A stretch of DNA of 64,000 bases from Acidimicrobiia bacterium (GCA_040878325.1 JBBDMM010000001.1:1-64000); one strand, 5' to 3'; positions 30,655-40,308 are shown, numbered from the stretch's first letter. Program-made: numbers and translations. Notes: a model not told the origin generated them from the sequence alone.

Positions 30655-31260
30655 TCAACGAGCCGCCAACCCGTCCCGAATGGTTGGAAGCAGATCGGAC
30701 CCGGCGATCAGGTGGGTGGCGCCGCGATCGACGGCGCGGGTGGCTTCCTCGGCGGTGGCAACACGTACCAACCTATCTGCCGCGGGCGCCACCTGGGCGA
30801 CGACGCCGAGGTCGGGCGAGTCACACAAGACTCCGACCGCACCTGCCCCGACGGCGAGCTCCGCGAGGCGAGATACCGTCCGGCCGCGCGACTGACCGAG
30901 CCGCAGCGCCGCCACTTCCGCGTCTCCTTGCCCGGGGCGTAGGGTCACCGCCACCACTCGCACGCCTGCCGCGGCTACTGCGGCCACCAGATCGGGGCCA
31001 TCCTTGGCTTGAACCGTCACCCACGTGGCGCCGTAGTCGGCCAGGCGAGTTGCTGCCGCTACGGCGGAAGCGGTGTCACCGTGAAGGCCGGCGAGAACCA
31101 TCACCGGCCCCAGCCCGGCCAACGCCGATACGATCGCCGGCCCCGGGCCCAAGATCAGTTCGGCGCCGACCACGAACCCGTCGACCTCGCCGAGTGCCGC
31201 CGCGGAGCGGACCGCATCTTCGGCGCTTCGCCCTGAAACGACCGCCAGCAGCCCGGTCAT
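30655..31260 (-). CDS. Degenerate orotidine-5'-phosphate decarboxylase (PyrF)-like protein, predicted catalytically inactive
   Basis: Aligns by eye along the PyrF fold (FVVGAEL, GATWVTVQA..G, VAVT, GAVGVLC, GATHLIAG) at the pyrF position upstream of mihF, but DxKxxD is replaced by LAGLHG. Confidence 0.7.
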   Translation of the reverse strand: MTGLLAVVSGRSAEDAVRSAAALGEVDGFVVGAELILGPGPAIVSALAGLGPVMVLAGLHGDTASAVAAATRLADYGATWVTVQAKDGPDLVAAVAAAGVRVVAVTLRPGQGDAEVAALRLGQSRGRTVSRLAELAVGAGAVGVLCDSPDLGVVAQVAPAADRLVRVATAEEATRAVDRGATHLIAGSDLLPTIRDGLAAR

Positions 31261-31628
31261 CCGTCGACCCGCTCAGTCGCGAGGCGGGAGAGCACGCCGT
31301 TGACGAATCCCCCACTGCGCTCGGTGGAATACAGCTTCGCGAGCCGCACTGCCTCCGAGATGACGACAGCCACCGGGATGTCGGGACGGTTGAGCAGTTC
31401 CCATAGGGCGATCCGCAGGATGTTGCGGTCGATCACCGGCATCCTCTCGACCCGCCACCCGGACGAGACCGCGCCGATCGCCCCGTCGAGGGCAGCACGG
31501 TCGGCCCACACACCGGTCACGAGCCCACCAGCCCGTCCGCTCAATTCCTCGGTGTCGGGAGACTCGCGTCGCTGGTCTGCCTGGTAGAGCGTGCGGAGCG
31601 CCGCCTCGCGGGCCTCCGCGGGCTTCAT
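31257..31628 (-). CDS. nusB: Transcription antitermination factor NusB
   Basis: AREAALRTLYQ, WRVERMPVIDRNILR, ISEAVRLAK and FVNGVL motifs. Confidence 0.96.
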   Translation of the reverse strand: MKPAEAREAALRTLYQADQRRESPDTEELSGRAGGLVTGVWADRAALDGAIGAVSSGWRVERMPVIDRNILRIALWELLNRPDIPVAVVISEAVRLAKLYSTERSGGFVNGVLSRLATERVDG

Positions 31629-32185
31629 GTGACCCGGGTCATGTACGAGCCAGAGCGGGTGTCGACTTTGATCCGGTCGCCGGTCTCCACGAACAGCGGA
31701 ACCTGGACCACCAGCCCGGTGTCCGTCGTCGCCGGCTTGGTGCCCGCCGACGACCGATCGCCCTTCACCCCTGGTTCCGTGTAGGCCACTTCCATCTCGA
31801 CCGACGCCGGCAGGTCGATCCCGATCGCCTTGCCCTCGTACATCGAGAGGCTGACGTTGTCCCCCTCCCTGAGATACGCCTCCGCCGAGCCGACCTCATC
31901 GCCCTTCAGGGCGAGCTGGGAGAAGGTCTCGCCGTCCATGAAGTGAAACCCGAAGTCGTCGCGATACAGGAACTGGTGGGGACGCCGGGTGATGATCGCT
32001 TGCTGGACCGGCTCGTCGGCGCGAAAGGTCCGGTCGACTACGGCGCCGGAGTCTATGTTCTTCAACTTCATGCGTACGAAAGCCTTGCCCTTCCCGGGCT
32101 TGACGTGCTGGTAGTCGACGATCTGGAAGATGCCGTCATCCAGGTCCAGCGTCATGCCGGGCCGTACGTCGTTCGTCGAGACCAT
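31625..32185 (-). CDS. efp: Elongation factor P
   Basis: QHVKPGKGKAFVR, PGVKGD, VPLFV and KVDTRSG motifs. Confidence 0.97.
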   Translation of the reverse strand: MVSTNDVRPGMTLDLDDGIFQIVDYQHVKPGKGKAFVRMKLKNIDSGAVVDRTFRADEPVQQAIITRRPHQFLYRDDFGFHFMDGETFSQLALKGDEVGSAEAYLREGDNVSLSMYEGKAIGIDLPASVEMEVAYTEPGVKGDRSSAGTKPATTDTGLVVQVPLFVETGDRIKVDTRSGSYMTRVT

Positions 32186-32207
32186 CGCCGCCTCCAGTCA
32201 GCCGGCG

Positions 32208-33275
32208 TCAAGCGCCCAGCGTGAACTCTTTGTGTGATCCGGTGAGGACCGAGCCGCCCGACTCGGTCACCACGATCATGTCCTCGATGCGCACCCCACC
32301 TGCACCCGGAATGTATACGCCTGGCTCGACGGTGATCACATCGCCGACCTCGAGCAGGTCGTCGTTTCCCCGGCGAACCCAGGGCGGTTCGTGGATCTCG
32401 AGACCGACGCCGTGACCGGTGCTATGGAGGAATTGCTCCTCGTAGCCGTAGCCTCGGAGTACCTCTCGCGCTGCTTCGTCGACGGCCCCGCAGGCAACGC
32501 CGGGCGCCACCCTGGCCAGTCCCGCCTCCTGCGACTCCAGCACCGCCCGGTACACCCGCGTCATCTCCTCGTCCGCCTCCCCCTCGAGCCACACCGTCCG
32601 GCTCATGTCGGAGTGGTAGCCGTCCACGACGCACCCGTAGTCGAGAAGGAGCAGCCCCGACCCGACTCGCTTCTCCCCTGCCCGGTAGTGAGGAATGGAC
32701 GCTCCTGCGCCTGCTGCGACGATGGGCTCCCACTCGGCGGCATCACCACCGTGCTCGCGCATGACGTCGATGAGCCGCCAGCCCAACTGCTTCTCGCTCA
32801 CCGCGCCTCCAGCGATGGTCCGAAGCGCGGTGAACGCGGCGTCACCCGCCGCGGCGGCCGCACCCAGGGCGGCGATCTCGACGGAATCCTTGGTGCGCCG
32901 AAGGGCCTCGACCGAGCCTCCGCCGGCGACGGTGTCGACTGCGGTCTCCCGGGCGAAGTCGCTGGAGAATGCCCAGGTGACCCCGTCGGCCTCGAGCGCC
33001 ACCGAGTCGAGGCCACCGACGACCTTGCGGAACACATCCCACATGCCCGAGGTGTACACGATCAACTCGGTGTCGGACAGATCGGCAACGAGTGCCTTGG
33101 CCAGCTCTCCATACCTGCCATCGGTGATGAACACGGCGGCGCCGGAGGGTCTCACCAGGAGAAAGCCGTTCGAGCCGGTGAAGCCTGTCAGGTATTGGAG
33201 GTTGGGAGCCCGCGACACCAGGATCGGCGCAGTGATGCTTGCCCGGAGCGCGTTCAGACGTTCGCCGTGCTTCAT
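32208..33275 (-). CDS. pepQ: Xaa-Pro peptidase (M24 family)
   Basis: YLTGFTGS, TDGRY, DYG...YHSDMSRT, HSTGHGVGLEIHE, EPGVY and GVRIED motifs. Confidence 0.92.
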   Translation of the reverse strand: MKHGERLNALRASITAPILVSRAPNLQYLTGFTGSNGFLLVRPSGAAVFITDGRYGELAKALVADLSDTELIVYTSGMWDVFRKVVGGLDSVALEADGVTWAFSSDFARETAVDTVAGGGSVEALRRTKDSVEIAALGAAAAAGDAAFTALRTIAGGAVSEKQLGWRLIDVMREHGGDAAEWEPIVAAGAGASIPHYRAGEKRVGSGLLLLDYGCVVDGYHSDMSRTVWLEGEADEEMTRVYRAVLESQEAGLARVAPGVACGAVDEAAREVLRGYGYEEQFLHSTGHGVGLEIHEPPWVRRGNDDLLEVGDVITVEPGVYIPGAGGVRIEDMIVVTESGGSVLTGSHKEFTLGA

Positions 33276-34315
33276 GACTCTCCTCCCGAAATGCCAACGG
33301 CTGCGAGGGCGGCGTCAACGGTAGCGGAGCCGACCGGCCGCACCAGCGGGCGACCGACTGCCTCGAGGACCACCATCCGGAGACCTCGGGAGTCGTGCTT
33401 CTTGTCGAGCCGCAGACGGCTCAACAACTCGACCCGGTCCACGATGGGCGCCTCGGTGGGCAGGCCCAACCCGGCGATGGCGGCACGCTGCCGCTCCTCT
33501 CCGTCGAAGCCGGCCTCGATGACCGACGCCCGCCCCGCGGCCACCATCCCGACGGCGACTGCTTCCCCGTGCGGCATGCCGGTGATTGCTTCGAGAGCGT
33601 GTCCCACCGTGTGCCCGTAGTTCAAATGGGCTCGCGCGCCCCGCTCCTCGAAGTCCTCGCCGACGATGCGGGCCTTTACCGCCACCGCCCGGGTGACGAC
33701 CTCCGCCAGGTCGGCCCCCTGGCCGTCGCGCTCGATGAGTTCGAACAGCCCGGGATCGCCCACGAGCCCTGCCTTGAGTGCCTCGGCCATGCCCTCCCTG
33801 ATCAGCTCCCCCGGCAGGGCGTCCAGCACCGAAAGGTCGATCACCACCCTCGCCGGGTGGCGAAACGCCCCGATCAGGTTCTTGCCCCCGACATTCACCC
33901 CCGATTTTCCTCCGATCGAGGCGTCGATCGCCGCCAGCAGAGTGGTCGGCACGAAGTGCACCCTCACCCCCCGCAAGAAAACCGCCCCGACGAACCCGGC
34001 GAGATCGGTGACCGCTCCCCCGCCCACCCCGACCACCATGTCGTCTCGTGTCGCCCCCGCCTCGGCAAGGCCGCGACAGACCGCCTCGACGGTCGCAAGC
34101 GACTTGGCGACATCCCGGTCCGCGACCGGATACACCTCGGTACGGATACCGGCTGCGGCCAGTCCGGCGGCAACGCGCTCGGCCACGGGCGCGGCTCCTG
34201 GCTGAGTCACGAGGCCACAGAACGCCGGAGTGGCGTCCCCTAAGACGGCATCAGGCCCGAGGAGATCGCGCCCGATCACCACCCGGGTGACTCCGCCTAC
34301 GACGACTTCGCCCAT
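33272..34315 (-). CDS. aroB: 3-dehydroquinate synthase
   Basis: GGGAVTDLAGF, PTTLLAAIDASIGGK, LNYGHTVGHALE, HGEAV and DKK motifs. Confidence 0.96.
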   Translation of the reverse strand: MGEVVVGGVTRVVIGRDLLGPDAVLGDATPAFCGLVTQPGAAPVAERVAAGLAAAGIRTEVYPVADRDVAKSLATVEAVCRGLAEAGATRDDMVVGVGGGAVTDLAGFVGAVFLRGVRVHFVPTTLLAAIDASIGGKSGVNVGGKNLIGAFRHPARVVIDLSVLDALPGELIREGMAEALKAGLVGDPGLFELIERDGQGADLAEVVTRAVAVKARIVGEDFEERGARAHLNYGHTVGHALEAITGMPHGEAVAVGMVAAGRASVIEAGFDGEERQRAAIAGLGLPTEAPIVDRVELLSRLRLDKKHDSRGLRMVVLEAVGRPLVRPVGSATVDAALAAVGISGGES

Positions 34316-34797
34316 GCCTCGATCACCCTCTCCGCCACTTCCTGCGGTGGCACCGTGGCCACGACCACCGCATGCGCCGCGGCCTCATACCTCCCAAGCC
34401 GCTCTTCGAGAATCCGGAGGAGAGTCCCCGCGGGGCCGGCACTCAGCAGCGGCCGCTCCGCTGCGGGGCCGGTCCGCAAGCGCAGCACCTCGGGTGGTGC
34501 GTCGAGCCAAACGAGAAACCCGCCAGAGCGCATCGACGCGGTCAGCTCCTCGTCCAGCACCACTCCCCCGCCACAGGCGACCACGATCGGCTCGCCGAGC
34601 AGCGAACGCACCACCTCGGCTTCCGCCCGGCGGAAGACTCCCTCTCCCTCTGCGAACAGCTCGACGACGCTCCGACCCGACCGGGATTCCACCAGGCGAT
34701 CGGTGTCCACCCAGTCGCGCCCGAGCCGCGCCGCCACCAGTGGCGCAACGGTCGTCTTTCCCGCACCCATCATGCCGATGAGCCAGATGGTCGCCAT
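34297..34797 (-). CDS. aroK: Shikimate kinase
   Basis: GMMGAGKTT, DTD, GEGVFR, CGGG and RPLL motifs. Confidence 0.95.
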   Translation of the reverse strand: MATIWLIGMMGAGKTTVAPLVAARLGRDWVDTDRLVESRSGRSVVELFAEGEGVFRRAEAEVVRSLLGEPIVVACGGGVVLDEELTASMRSGGFLVWLDAPPEVLRLRTGPAAERPLLSAGPAGTLLRILEERLGRYEAAAHAVVVATVPPQEVAERVIEAWAKSS

Positions 34798-35948
34798 CAG
34801 AAGGCGGCTTGGCGGCTTCTGTACGAGTCCACCGACCGGCGGAAGTCAGCGATTGTGTCGCCGCCGAACATCCGGGACATCTCAGCGGCGAGCACCAGCG
34901 CCACCATCTGCTCGCCCACCACCGCCGCGGCCGGCACCGCGCACACGTCCGAGCGTTCCCGAAACGCCTCACCCGGCTCCTTGGTGGTGACGTCGACGGT
35001 CGGCAGAGGCCGCATCAGCGTCGACAGCGGTTTCATGGCAATCCGCGCCGTAATCGGCTGGCCGGTCGACATCCCACCTTCGATCCCACCCGCCCGCTCG
35101 GTCGGGCGCTTGAAGACACCATCCTCGAAGCCGATCTCGTCGTGAGCCGCCGAGCCGGGACGGGCTGCCGAAATCAGTCCGTCCCCGACGCCGACGGCCT
35201 TGATCCCTGGAATCGACATCAGCGCCCCGGCAAGAAGACCGTCGAGGCGGCGATCCCAATGGACATGGCTGCCCACGCCCGCCGGCACTCCATAGGCGAT
35301 CACCTCGGCGACGCCCCCGAGCGTGTCGCGTTGGTCGCGTGCCAGGTCGATGGCGGCAACCATCCGCTCTTCAGCGACCGGATCGAGCGTCCGCACCGGC
35401 GAGCGATCGACGAGGTCGAGCTCGCCCGGGCCGGGCCGGGTGTCTCCGCTTGTTTCGACCTGTCCGATGGCGATCACATGGCTGACGATTTCCGCCCCCG
35501 CTTCGGCGAGGAGCCGTTTGGCCAGATGACCGGCGACCGTGCGGGCGGCGGTCTCCCGCGCAGAAGATCGCTCGAGGATGTCGCGGGCGTCGTGGGTGTC
35601 GTACTTGAGCATCCCCGCGAGGTCGGCGTGCCCCGGCCGAGGGGTGGTCAGTGGCCGGGTGGCGGCACCCGGCGTGGGGGACATCTCTGCGGCCCAACGC
35701 GGCCATTCGGTATTGCGGACGAGCACGGCCACCGGGCTCCCCAGGGTCTTGCCGAACCGGATTCCGCCGAGAACCTCGATCTCGTCCTGCTCGATCCGCA
35801 TCCGCGGACCCCGTCCGTGGCCCATCCGGCGTCTCGCCAGCTCCGCGGCTATGCCCTCAGCCGACACCTCGAGGCCGGCAGGCAGCCCTTCGACGATGGC
35901 CACCAGGCCGGGGCCATGTGACTCACCAGCAGTAAGAAAGCGGAGCAT
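34797..35948 (-). CDS. aroC: Chorismate synthase
   Basis: TAGESHG, PRPGHAD, ERSSARET, GGIEGGMSTG and ERSD motifs. Confidence 0.97.
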   Translation of the reverse strand: MLRFLTAGESHGPGLVAIVEGLPAGLEVSAEGIAAELARRRMGHGRGPRMRIEQDEIEVLGGIRFGKTLGSPVAVLVRNTEWPRWAAEMSPTPGAATRPLTTPRPGHADLAGMLKYDTHDARDILERSSARETAARTVAGHLAKRLLAEAGAEIVSHVIAIGQVETSGDTRPGPGELDLVDRSPVRTLDPVAEERMVAAIDLARDQRDTLGGVAEVIAYGVPAGVGSHVHWDRRLDGLLAGALMSIPGIKAVGVGDGLISAARPGSAAHDEIGFEDGVFKRPTERAGGIEGGMSTGQPITARIAMKPLSTLMRPLPTVDVTTKEPGEAFRERSDVCAVPAAAVVGEQMVALVLAAEMSRMFGGDTIADFRRSVDSYRSRQAAF

Positions 35949-35961
35949 GAGATGAGGCTAG

Positions 35962-36086
35962 GCCTTCCGTCTACTGCCTTCCGCCTTCCGCCTTCCGCAA
36001 GAGCGTCCTCCTCCGTCGTCTTCGACGGGGGAGGTGGCGCCGCCATCGGGCGGCCTTCGGCCGCCGGGGGCGGGGGCGGAGGGGGG
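35962..36086. repeat. Heptamer array (GCCTTCC)x5 plus a REP/RIME-like palindromic element
   Basis: Heptamers at 35962-35996; hairpin CCTCCTCCGTCG-TCTT-CGACGGGGGAGG and a second GGCGGCC/GGCCGCC hairpin in 36007-36086. Confidence 0.7.
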
Positions 36087-36106
36087 AGCTGACCCGGCGG
36101 GCGGCC

Positions 36107-36694
36107 CTACTTCACTATCGATTGGCCTACCGCGAGGGTGAACGCACTGTCGCCGTAGGTGAAGACCCCGCCGTTGTCACTGAGGCTCACCACCTTGAAG
36201 TCGCCGGCAAAGGTGTCGCCGACCCCAACCGTGTAAGTCTGACCGTCGACCTCCACGACGGCGACCCGACCCCCGGCCTCCTGCCTCACCTCCAGCAATG
36301 TCACCCGCTTCCCCTGGGGTTGATCGCCCGTAGTGGTGCTGGTGGTGGTACCGCCGGTCGACGAAGAGGTCGTCGCACCCGGGGTCGTGGTCGTGGTCGC
36401 ACCCCCGCTGGTAGATGTGGTGGTGTCGCCACCGGGAACGGTCGTGGTCGAGTCCGGCACGATGAGGGGCTCGAATGGGTCACGCGGCTGCGCGACCTGA
36501 TAATCCGTCGACGGATCGAGCGCTCCTCCCGGGGCGGCGGCAACGGTGCCCGGATTGACCGATGCACTCGGCAGGGCTGGCTCACCTCCCGTGAACACCC
36601 CGGCTGAAGCCAGCAGCCAGACCGAAGCAGCAGCCGTTCCCACCAGGAGGAGCGAGACCAGCACCGACACCAGGGTCCGCTTGACGCCGATCAC
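36107..36694 (-). CDS. Type IV pilus-associated membrane-anchored protein (PilP-like), with a Thr-rich linker
   Basis: N-terminal TM helix, PRDPFEPL motif, Thr/Gly/Ser linker and a small beta-rich C-terminal domain; last gene of the pilMNO run. Confidence 0.6.
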   Translation of the reverse strand: MIGVKRTLVSVLVSLLLVGTAAASVWLLASAGVFTGGEPALPSASVNPGTVAAAPGGALDPSTDYQVAQPRDPFEPLIVPDSTTTVPGGDTTTSTSGGATTTTTPGATTSSSTGGTTTSTTTGDQPQGKRVTLLEVRQEAGGRVAVVEVDGQTYTVGVGDTFAGDFKVVSLSDNGGVFTYGDSAFTLAVGQSIVK

Positions 36695-37341
36695 GGGTCC
36701 ACCTCCCCGCCGGCCTCGGCATCGCCCGCCAGGGTGGTCGTGGTGGTGCTCGCACCGCCATCGCCGGGAATCACGATGTCCTCGAGAGGTGGCAGCAGAT
36801 CGGCAAGGGTGAAGAGTCTCATCTGGACGCCCACCGCCAACACGGTGACCCCGGACTCATTGACCGATGACGATGCCGATATTCCATCGACTCGCACCAG
36901 CCGATCCATCTCGTTCAACCCGAACAGGAATCCCAGGATCTCGAAAAACTCACCCTCTATCTGGGCGGAAATGGCGATCTCACGCAGATCCGAATCCGAG
37001 TCGTCGCCCGCGACCGCCGGCAGCGACGGGGAGAGAGTCTGGAGCTCCACCCCGGTATCGTTTGTCAAGGCAAAGATCGCCTCGATGAACTCGTCGAGCA
37101 GCGGACGCTCAGGGATGAGTGATTCGAGCTGACCGAGGGCAGCGAGATACTCGACCTCGCGGTCCCTGATCTCCTCGAGCTGCCGGACCTGTACCCGCAG
37201 GCGTTGTTCCGTGTCCTGGGCGACCACCAACTCGTCCCCCAGTTCGGCGATGCGGCTGTTACGCGGGCTGACGAGGAACATCCACCACGCCGCTGTGATG
37301 AAAAGCATTCCGAGAATGAGGAGAAGCCCAATGCGCCGCAT
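36691..37341 (-). CDS. pilO: Type IV pilus assembly protein PilO
   Basis: TM helix, coiled coil, LIPERP, and EGEFFEILGFLFGLNEMDRLVRV. Confidence 0.85.
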   Translation of the reverse strand: MRRIGLLLILGMLFITAAWWMFLVSPRNSRIAELGDELVVAQDTEQRLRVQVRQLEEIRDREVEYLAALGQLESLIPERPLLDEFIEAIFALTNDTGVELQTLSPSLPAVAGDDSDSDLREIAISAQIEGEFFEILGFLFGLNEMDRLVRVDGISASSSVNESGVTVLAVGVQMRLFTLADLLPPLEDIVIPGDGGASTTTTTLAGDAEAGGEVDP

Positions 37342-37342
37342 A

Positions 37343-37957
37343 TCAGGGAATCTCCGGGATCAAGGTCTCGGCACGGTTCGTGGCCGCGGCCGAGGTCAGC
37401 ACGGCCGTCGAGGTAAAGGTCACCACGTCTACATCCCCGATGACCCCCTCGGCGATCGTACTGACCCAGGTGCCGGTGACGCCATTGAACTGATCTGAGT
37501 CGAGGGCACGAAGCCATGCCGACACGTCCGGGAAGTCGAACCCGACCCCGGAGAACGCCACCTGCCCGAGCACCCCAGGGGTGGTCTCCACAACGATCGT
37601 GCCGCTGAACGTCTCGACCCACACCCGCGGCGGGAGCAGACGCGCCAGATCGTTGAGGAGGATTCCCCAGTCGATGTCGGTGGCGAGCGCGGTGCGCACC
37701 AGATCCGAGCGATCCTGGTACTCGGTCTGCAGTTCACCGGCCGAACTCAGCGCCACCACTTCGCGCTCGAGGCTCTGGTTGATCTCCAACTGGGCGTCGA
37801 CGTCGTCGCGGGCCGCCGACACCCGGGAATCCCAGTAGAGGACACCGACCCCCAGGAGCGCGATGTATGCGACGACACCGAAGATCAGGAAACCGACGCG
37901 CCGGCGTCGATTCCGCTCCTCGGCGACCTCAGGCGGAAGGAGGTTGATCGGTCTCAC
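37343..37957 (-). CDS. pilN: Type IV pilus assembly protein PilN
   Basis: INLLP motif, TM helix, coiled coil, and W..LL.DL...LPPRVW. Confidence 0.9.
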   Translation of the reverse strand: MRPINLLPPEVAEERNRRRRVGFLIFGVVAYIALLGVGVLYWDSRVSAARDDVDAQLEINQSLEREVVALSSAGELQTEYQDRSDLVRTALATDIDWGILLNDLARLLPPRVWVETFSGTIVVETTPGVLGQVAFSGVGFDFPDVSAWLRALDSDQFNGVTGTWVSTIAEGVIGDVDVVTFTSTAVLTSAAATNRAETLIPEIP

Positions 37958-37972
37958 GATCGGTGCCTGCTG

Positions 37973-39076
37973 TCAAGCGACATGCGCGAACCTGTTCGTC
38001 GGAGGCACCACATAGGACCCCCAGAGCGCGAGACCGACCGCGGCCGGAAGCACGGGTTGGAAGTTGAGGAGCTCGCTCTCGGTCATCTGCACCCGGCCGA
38101 CGCTGACGTGGTCCAGCACTCGCACGGGCTCGACCCGCGTGTTGAGCGAGCGGCCGACACGGTTGGCGAGGTGGGGCAGGCGAGCCCCGTTGCCGGCAAC
38201 GACCAGTCGATCGAGGCCGTGCTCGGCTGCCTGGGTCAAGTAGTAATTGACCGAGCCGCGAATCTCCTCGATCAAGGCATCGGCCGTTCGGGTGAGGATG
38301 CGGCGGGCGATCATCTCTTCGTCGTCGCCCTCGGGGAAACCATGCGGAGCGACGCCGACCCGCCGCTTAAGGGCCTCCGCGTCCTCCCGCGAAATCGACA
38401 TTCCGGCCATCAGCGTCTCGGTGAAGTGCTCACCACCGGTGGGGAGAATCCGCACGAAGCGGGTGATGCCGCCGCGTACGATGGCGATCTGCGAGATCGA
38501 CCCGCCGATGTCGAGCATCGCCTGGGGGCCCTCGCCGCCAAGCATCAGGTCGGCCCCGAAGGCTGCCCGGACGAGCCCGAAGGCCTGTAGATCGATCGAC
38601 AACACGCTCAAACCAGCGCTGTTGGCGATGCGAACGAGCCCCTCCACCATATCGCGCTGAGCGGCCACCACCAGGATCGACAGCATCAGGTCACCCTCGG
38701 GGGTGGTGAACTCCTCGAGAGGGACGAAGTCGAGGACGGCTTCTTCCACCGGGATAGGGATGACGTCTTGGACCTGGAACGGGAGGGCGTCGACGAGTTC
38801 CCCCTCCTCGAGATGGGGGACGTCCACCTGGCGGACGATCACTCGCTGATTGGCGATTCCGACCACCACCCGCTTGCGCGGCAACCTGTAGCGCTTCCAC
38901 AGCGCGGCCACGACCTCTGCGATCGCTCCCTCATCCACGATGTCGCCCGATTCGATCACGCCAGGCGGCAACGGCATCTCGACGAAGCGCCGGAGAACCG
39001 GTGCTCCCTTGCCGCTGTCGACGACGGCCGCCCGGACCGCCTCCGATCCGATGTCAAGACCTATCGAGACAGCCAT
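37973..39076 (-). CDS. pilM: Type IV pilus assembly protein PilM
   Basis: Actin-like GLDIGS, IPIPVEEAVLDF, LDIGG, AEALK, EIRGSVNYY and AVGLAL motifs. Confidence 0.93.
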   Translation of the reverse strand: MAVSIGLDIGSEAVRAAVVDSGKGAPVLRRFVEMPLPPGVIESGDIVDEGAIAEVVAALWKRYRLPRKRVVVGIANQRVIVRQVDVPHLEEGELVDALPFQVQDVIPIPVEEAVLDFVPLEEFTTPEGDLMLSILVVAAQRDMVEGLVRIANSAGLSVLSIDLQAFGLVRAAFGADLMLGGEGPQAMLDIGGSISQIAIVRGGITRFVRILPTGGEHFTETLMAGMSISREDAEALKRRVGVAPHGFPEGDDEEMIARRILTRTADALIEEIRGSVNYYLTQAAEHGLDRLVVAGNGARLPHLANRVGRSLNTRVEPVRVLDHVSVGRVQMTESELLNFQPVLPAAVGLALWGSYVVPPTNRFAHVA

Positions 39077-39250
39077 GGGTCTCTCCGCGAGCCACCAATG
39101 GGCGCCATAGCAAGGCTCCTTACCCTGGTCACAGACCTGTAGTTACGCCTGTGTCAGCAAAGCGTACTCAGGGGCCGCGCGGGGACCAAGGATTCAACCC
39201 GATCACCGCCAGCGCGCGGGACGCGCGCTCAGCGCGGCCGAGACCGGCCT

Positions 39251-40012
39251 CTATCCGAGGTACCACGCCGCGACCGAGTCACCGACCGCGATCGCCAGCC
39301 ACGAGCCGAGCACGAGCCAGGGACCGAACGGAATGGCGTCCTTCCTGCTCGCCTTGGTCAGAGTCAGAAGCAGGATCGAGGCAAGGCCCCCGAGGACGAA
39401 CGCGCCGAATACTGCCACCGCGAGCGTCTCCCACGATCTGAATGCGGCGAACAGCCCGAGGACGAAAGCGAGCTTGACGTCGCCCATGCCGAAACCACCG
39501 CGAGCCAGCAGCGCCACCAGCAGGAGCACCGCGAAGTAGGCGACTCCTCCCGAGAGGCCACGCCACAGTGACGACAAATCACCATCTGCGGTGGCTCCAG
39601 CGGCAAGCAGTACCGCGCCGACGACCGTGCCAGGGTAAAGGATTCGGTTGGGCAGTCGCTTGTGATCGATGTCCACCAGCGAGAGGACAAATGTCAACGC
39701 GGCGAACCACAGGTATGCCAGTAGCACCCACGACTCGCCAATCACGGCGGCGGTGGCGGCGAGCAACGCCGCGGTCGCCAACTCGACCACCGGGTACCTC
39801 ACCGAGATGGGGGCGGAGCAGTCCCGGCACCTGCCACGCAACAGGATCCACGACAACACCGGAATGTTGTCCCTTGCCCGGATCTCGCTCCCGCACCGGG
39901 GGCAGCGCGACGCCGGTTTCACCACCGAAGCCCCAACGGGCACGCGATGGGCGATCACGTTGAGGAAGCTACCGACGAGCATGCCGGCGAGCCCGGCGAG
40001 AGCGATGATCAC
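39251..40012 (-). CDS. pilD: Prepilin peptidase / N-methyltransferase
   Basis: GSFLNV..RVP, SRCPRC, NIPVLSW..LRGRCRDC, GMGDVKL and IPFGP motifs; GTG start inferred. Confidence 0.93.
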   Translation of the reverse strand: MIIALAGLAGMLVGSFLNVIAHRVPVGASVVKPASRCPRCGSEIRARDNIPVLSWILLRGRCRDCSAPISVRYPVVELATAALLAATAAVIGESWVLLAYLWFAALTFVLSLVDIDHKRLPNRILYPGTVVGAVLLAAGATADGDLSSLWRGLSGGVAYFAVLLLVALLARGGFGMGDVKLAFVLGLFAAFRSWETLAVAVFGAFVLGGLASILLLTLTKASRKDAIPFGPWLVLGSWLAIAVGDSVAAWYLG

Positions 40013-40226
40013 CAGTCGGTGCCCGTACAGGTATCGACGGTCATTTCGGCTTCGAGGATCGAGCTGCAGGCGTGGCGCCCGGACTCCGGTCCGACCCCGA
40101 CGACGAGTACACCGAAGCACATTCCGCTCACGGCTCGAGAGTACATCAGGTCTGTTGGCCGTCGTCCGGGACGAACCCGCGGTCAGCATCGATTGTGGAT
40201 CGCATCCTTGGCCCCCTCAGGGCATA

Positions 40227-40260
40227 GAGGAGGGGGCGGATCGAAATCCGCCCCCTCCTC
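40227..40260 (-). terminator. Strong hairpin downstream of pilA (terminator or 3' stabiliser)
   Basis: Perfect 15-bp stem GAGGAGGGGGCGGAT-TTCG-ATCCGCCCCCTCCTC. Confidence 0.75.
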
Positions 40261-40308
40261 CGAGCGTGCCCGGAGGCCCGCTCTTGGTCGCCGTCGACCG
40301 TGGGTTGT

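Noticed and set aside
33272..33275. aroQ missing between aroB and pepQ
   Set aside because: Simple relocation or replacement by another dehydroquinase is likely and cannot be judged from this window.
40031..40056. Sigma28-type promoter upstream of pilD (GTCGATAC)
   Set aside because: A -10-like octamer is present, but there is no TCAA element at 15-16 nt spacing; too weak to call.
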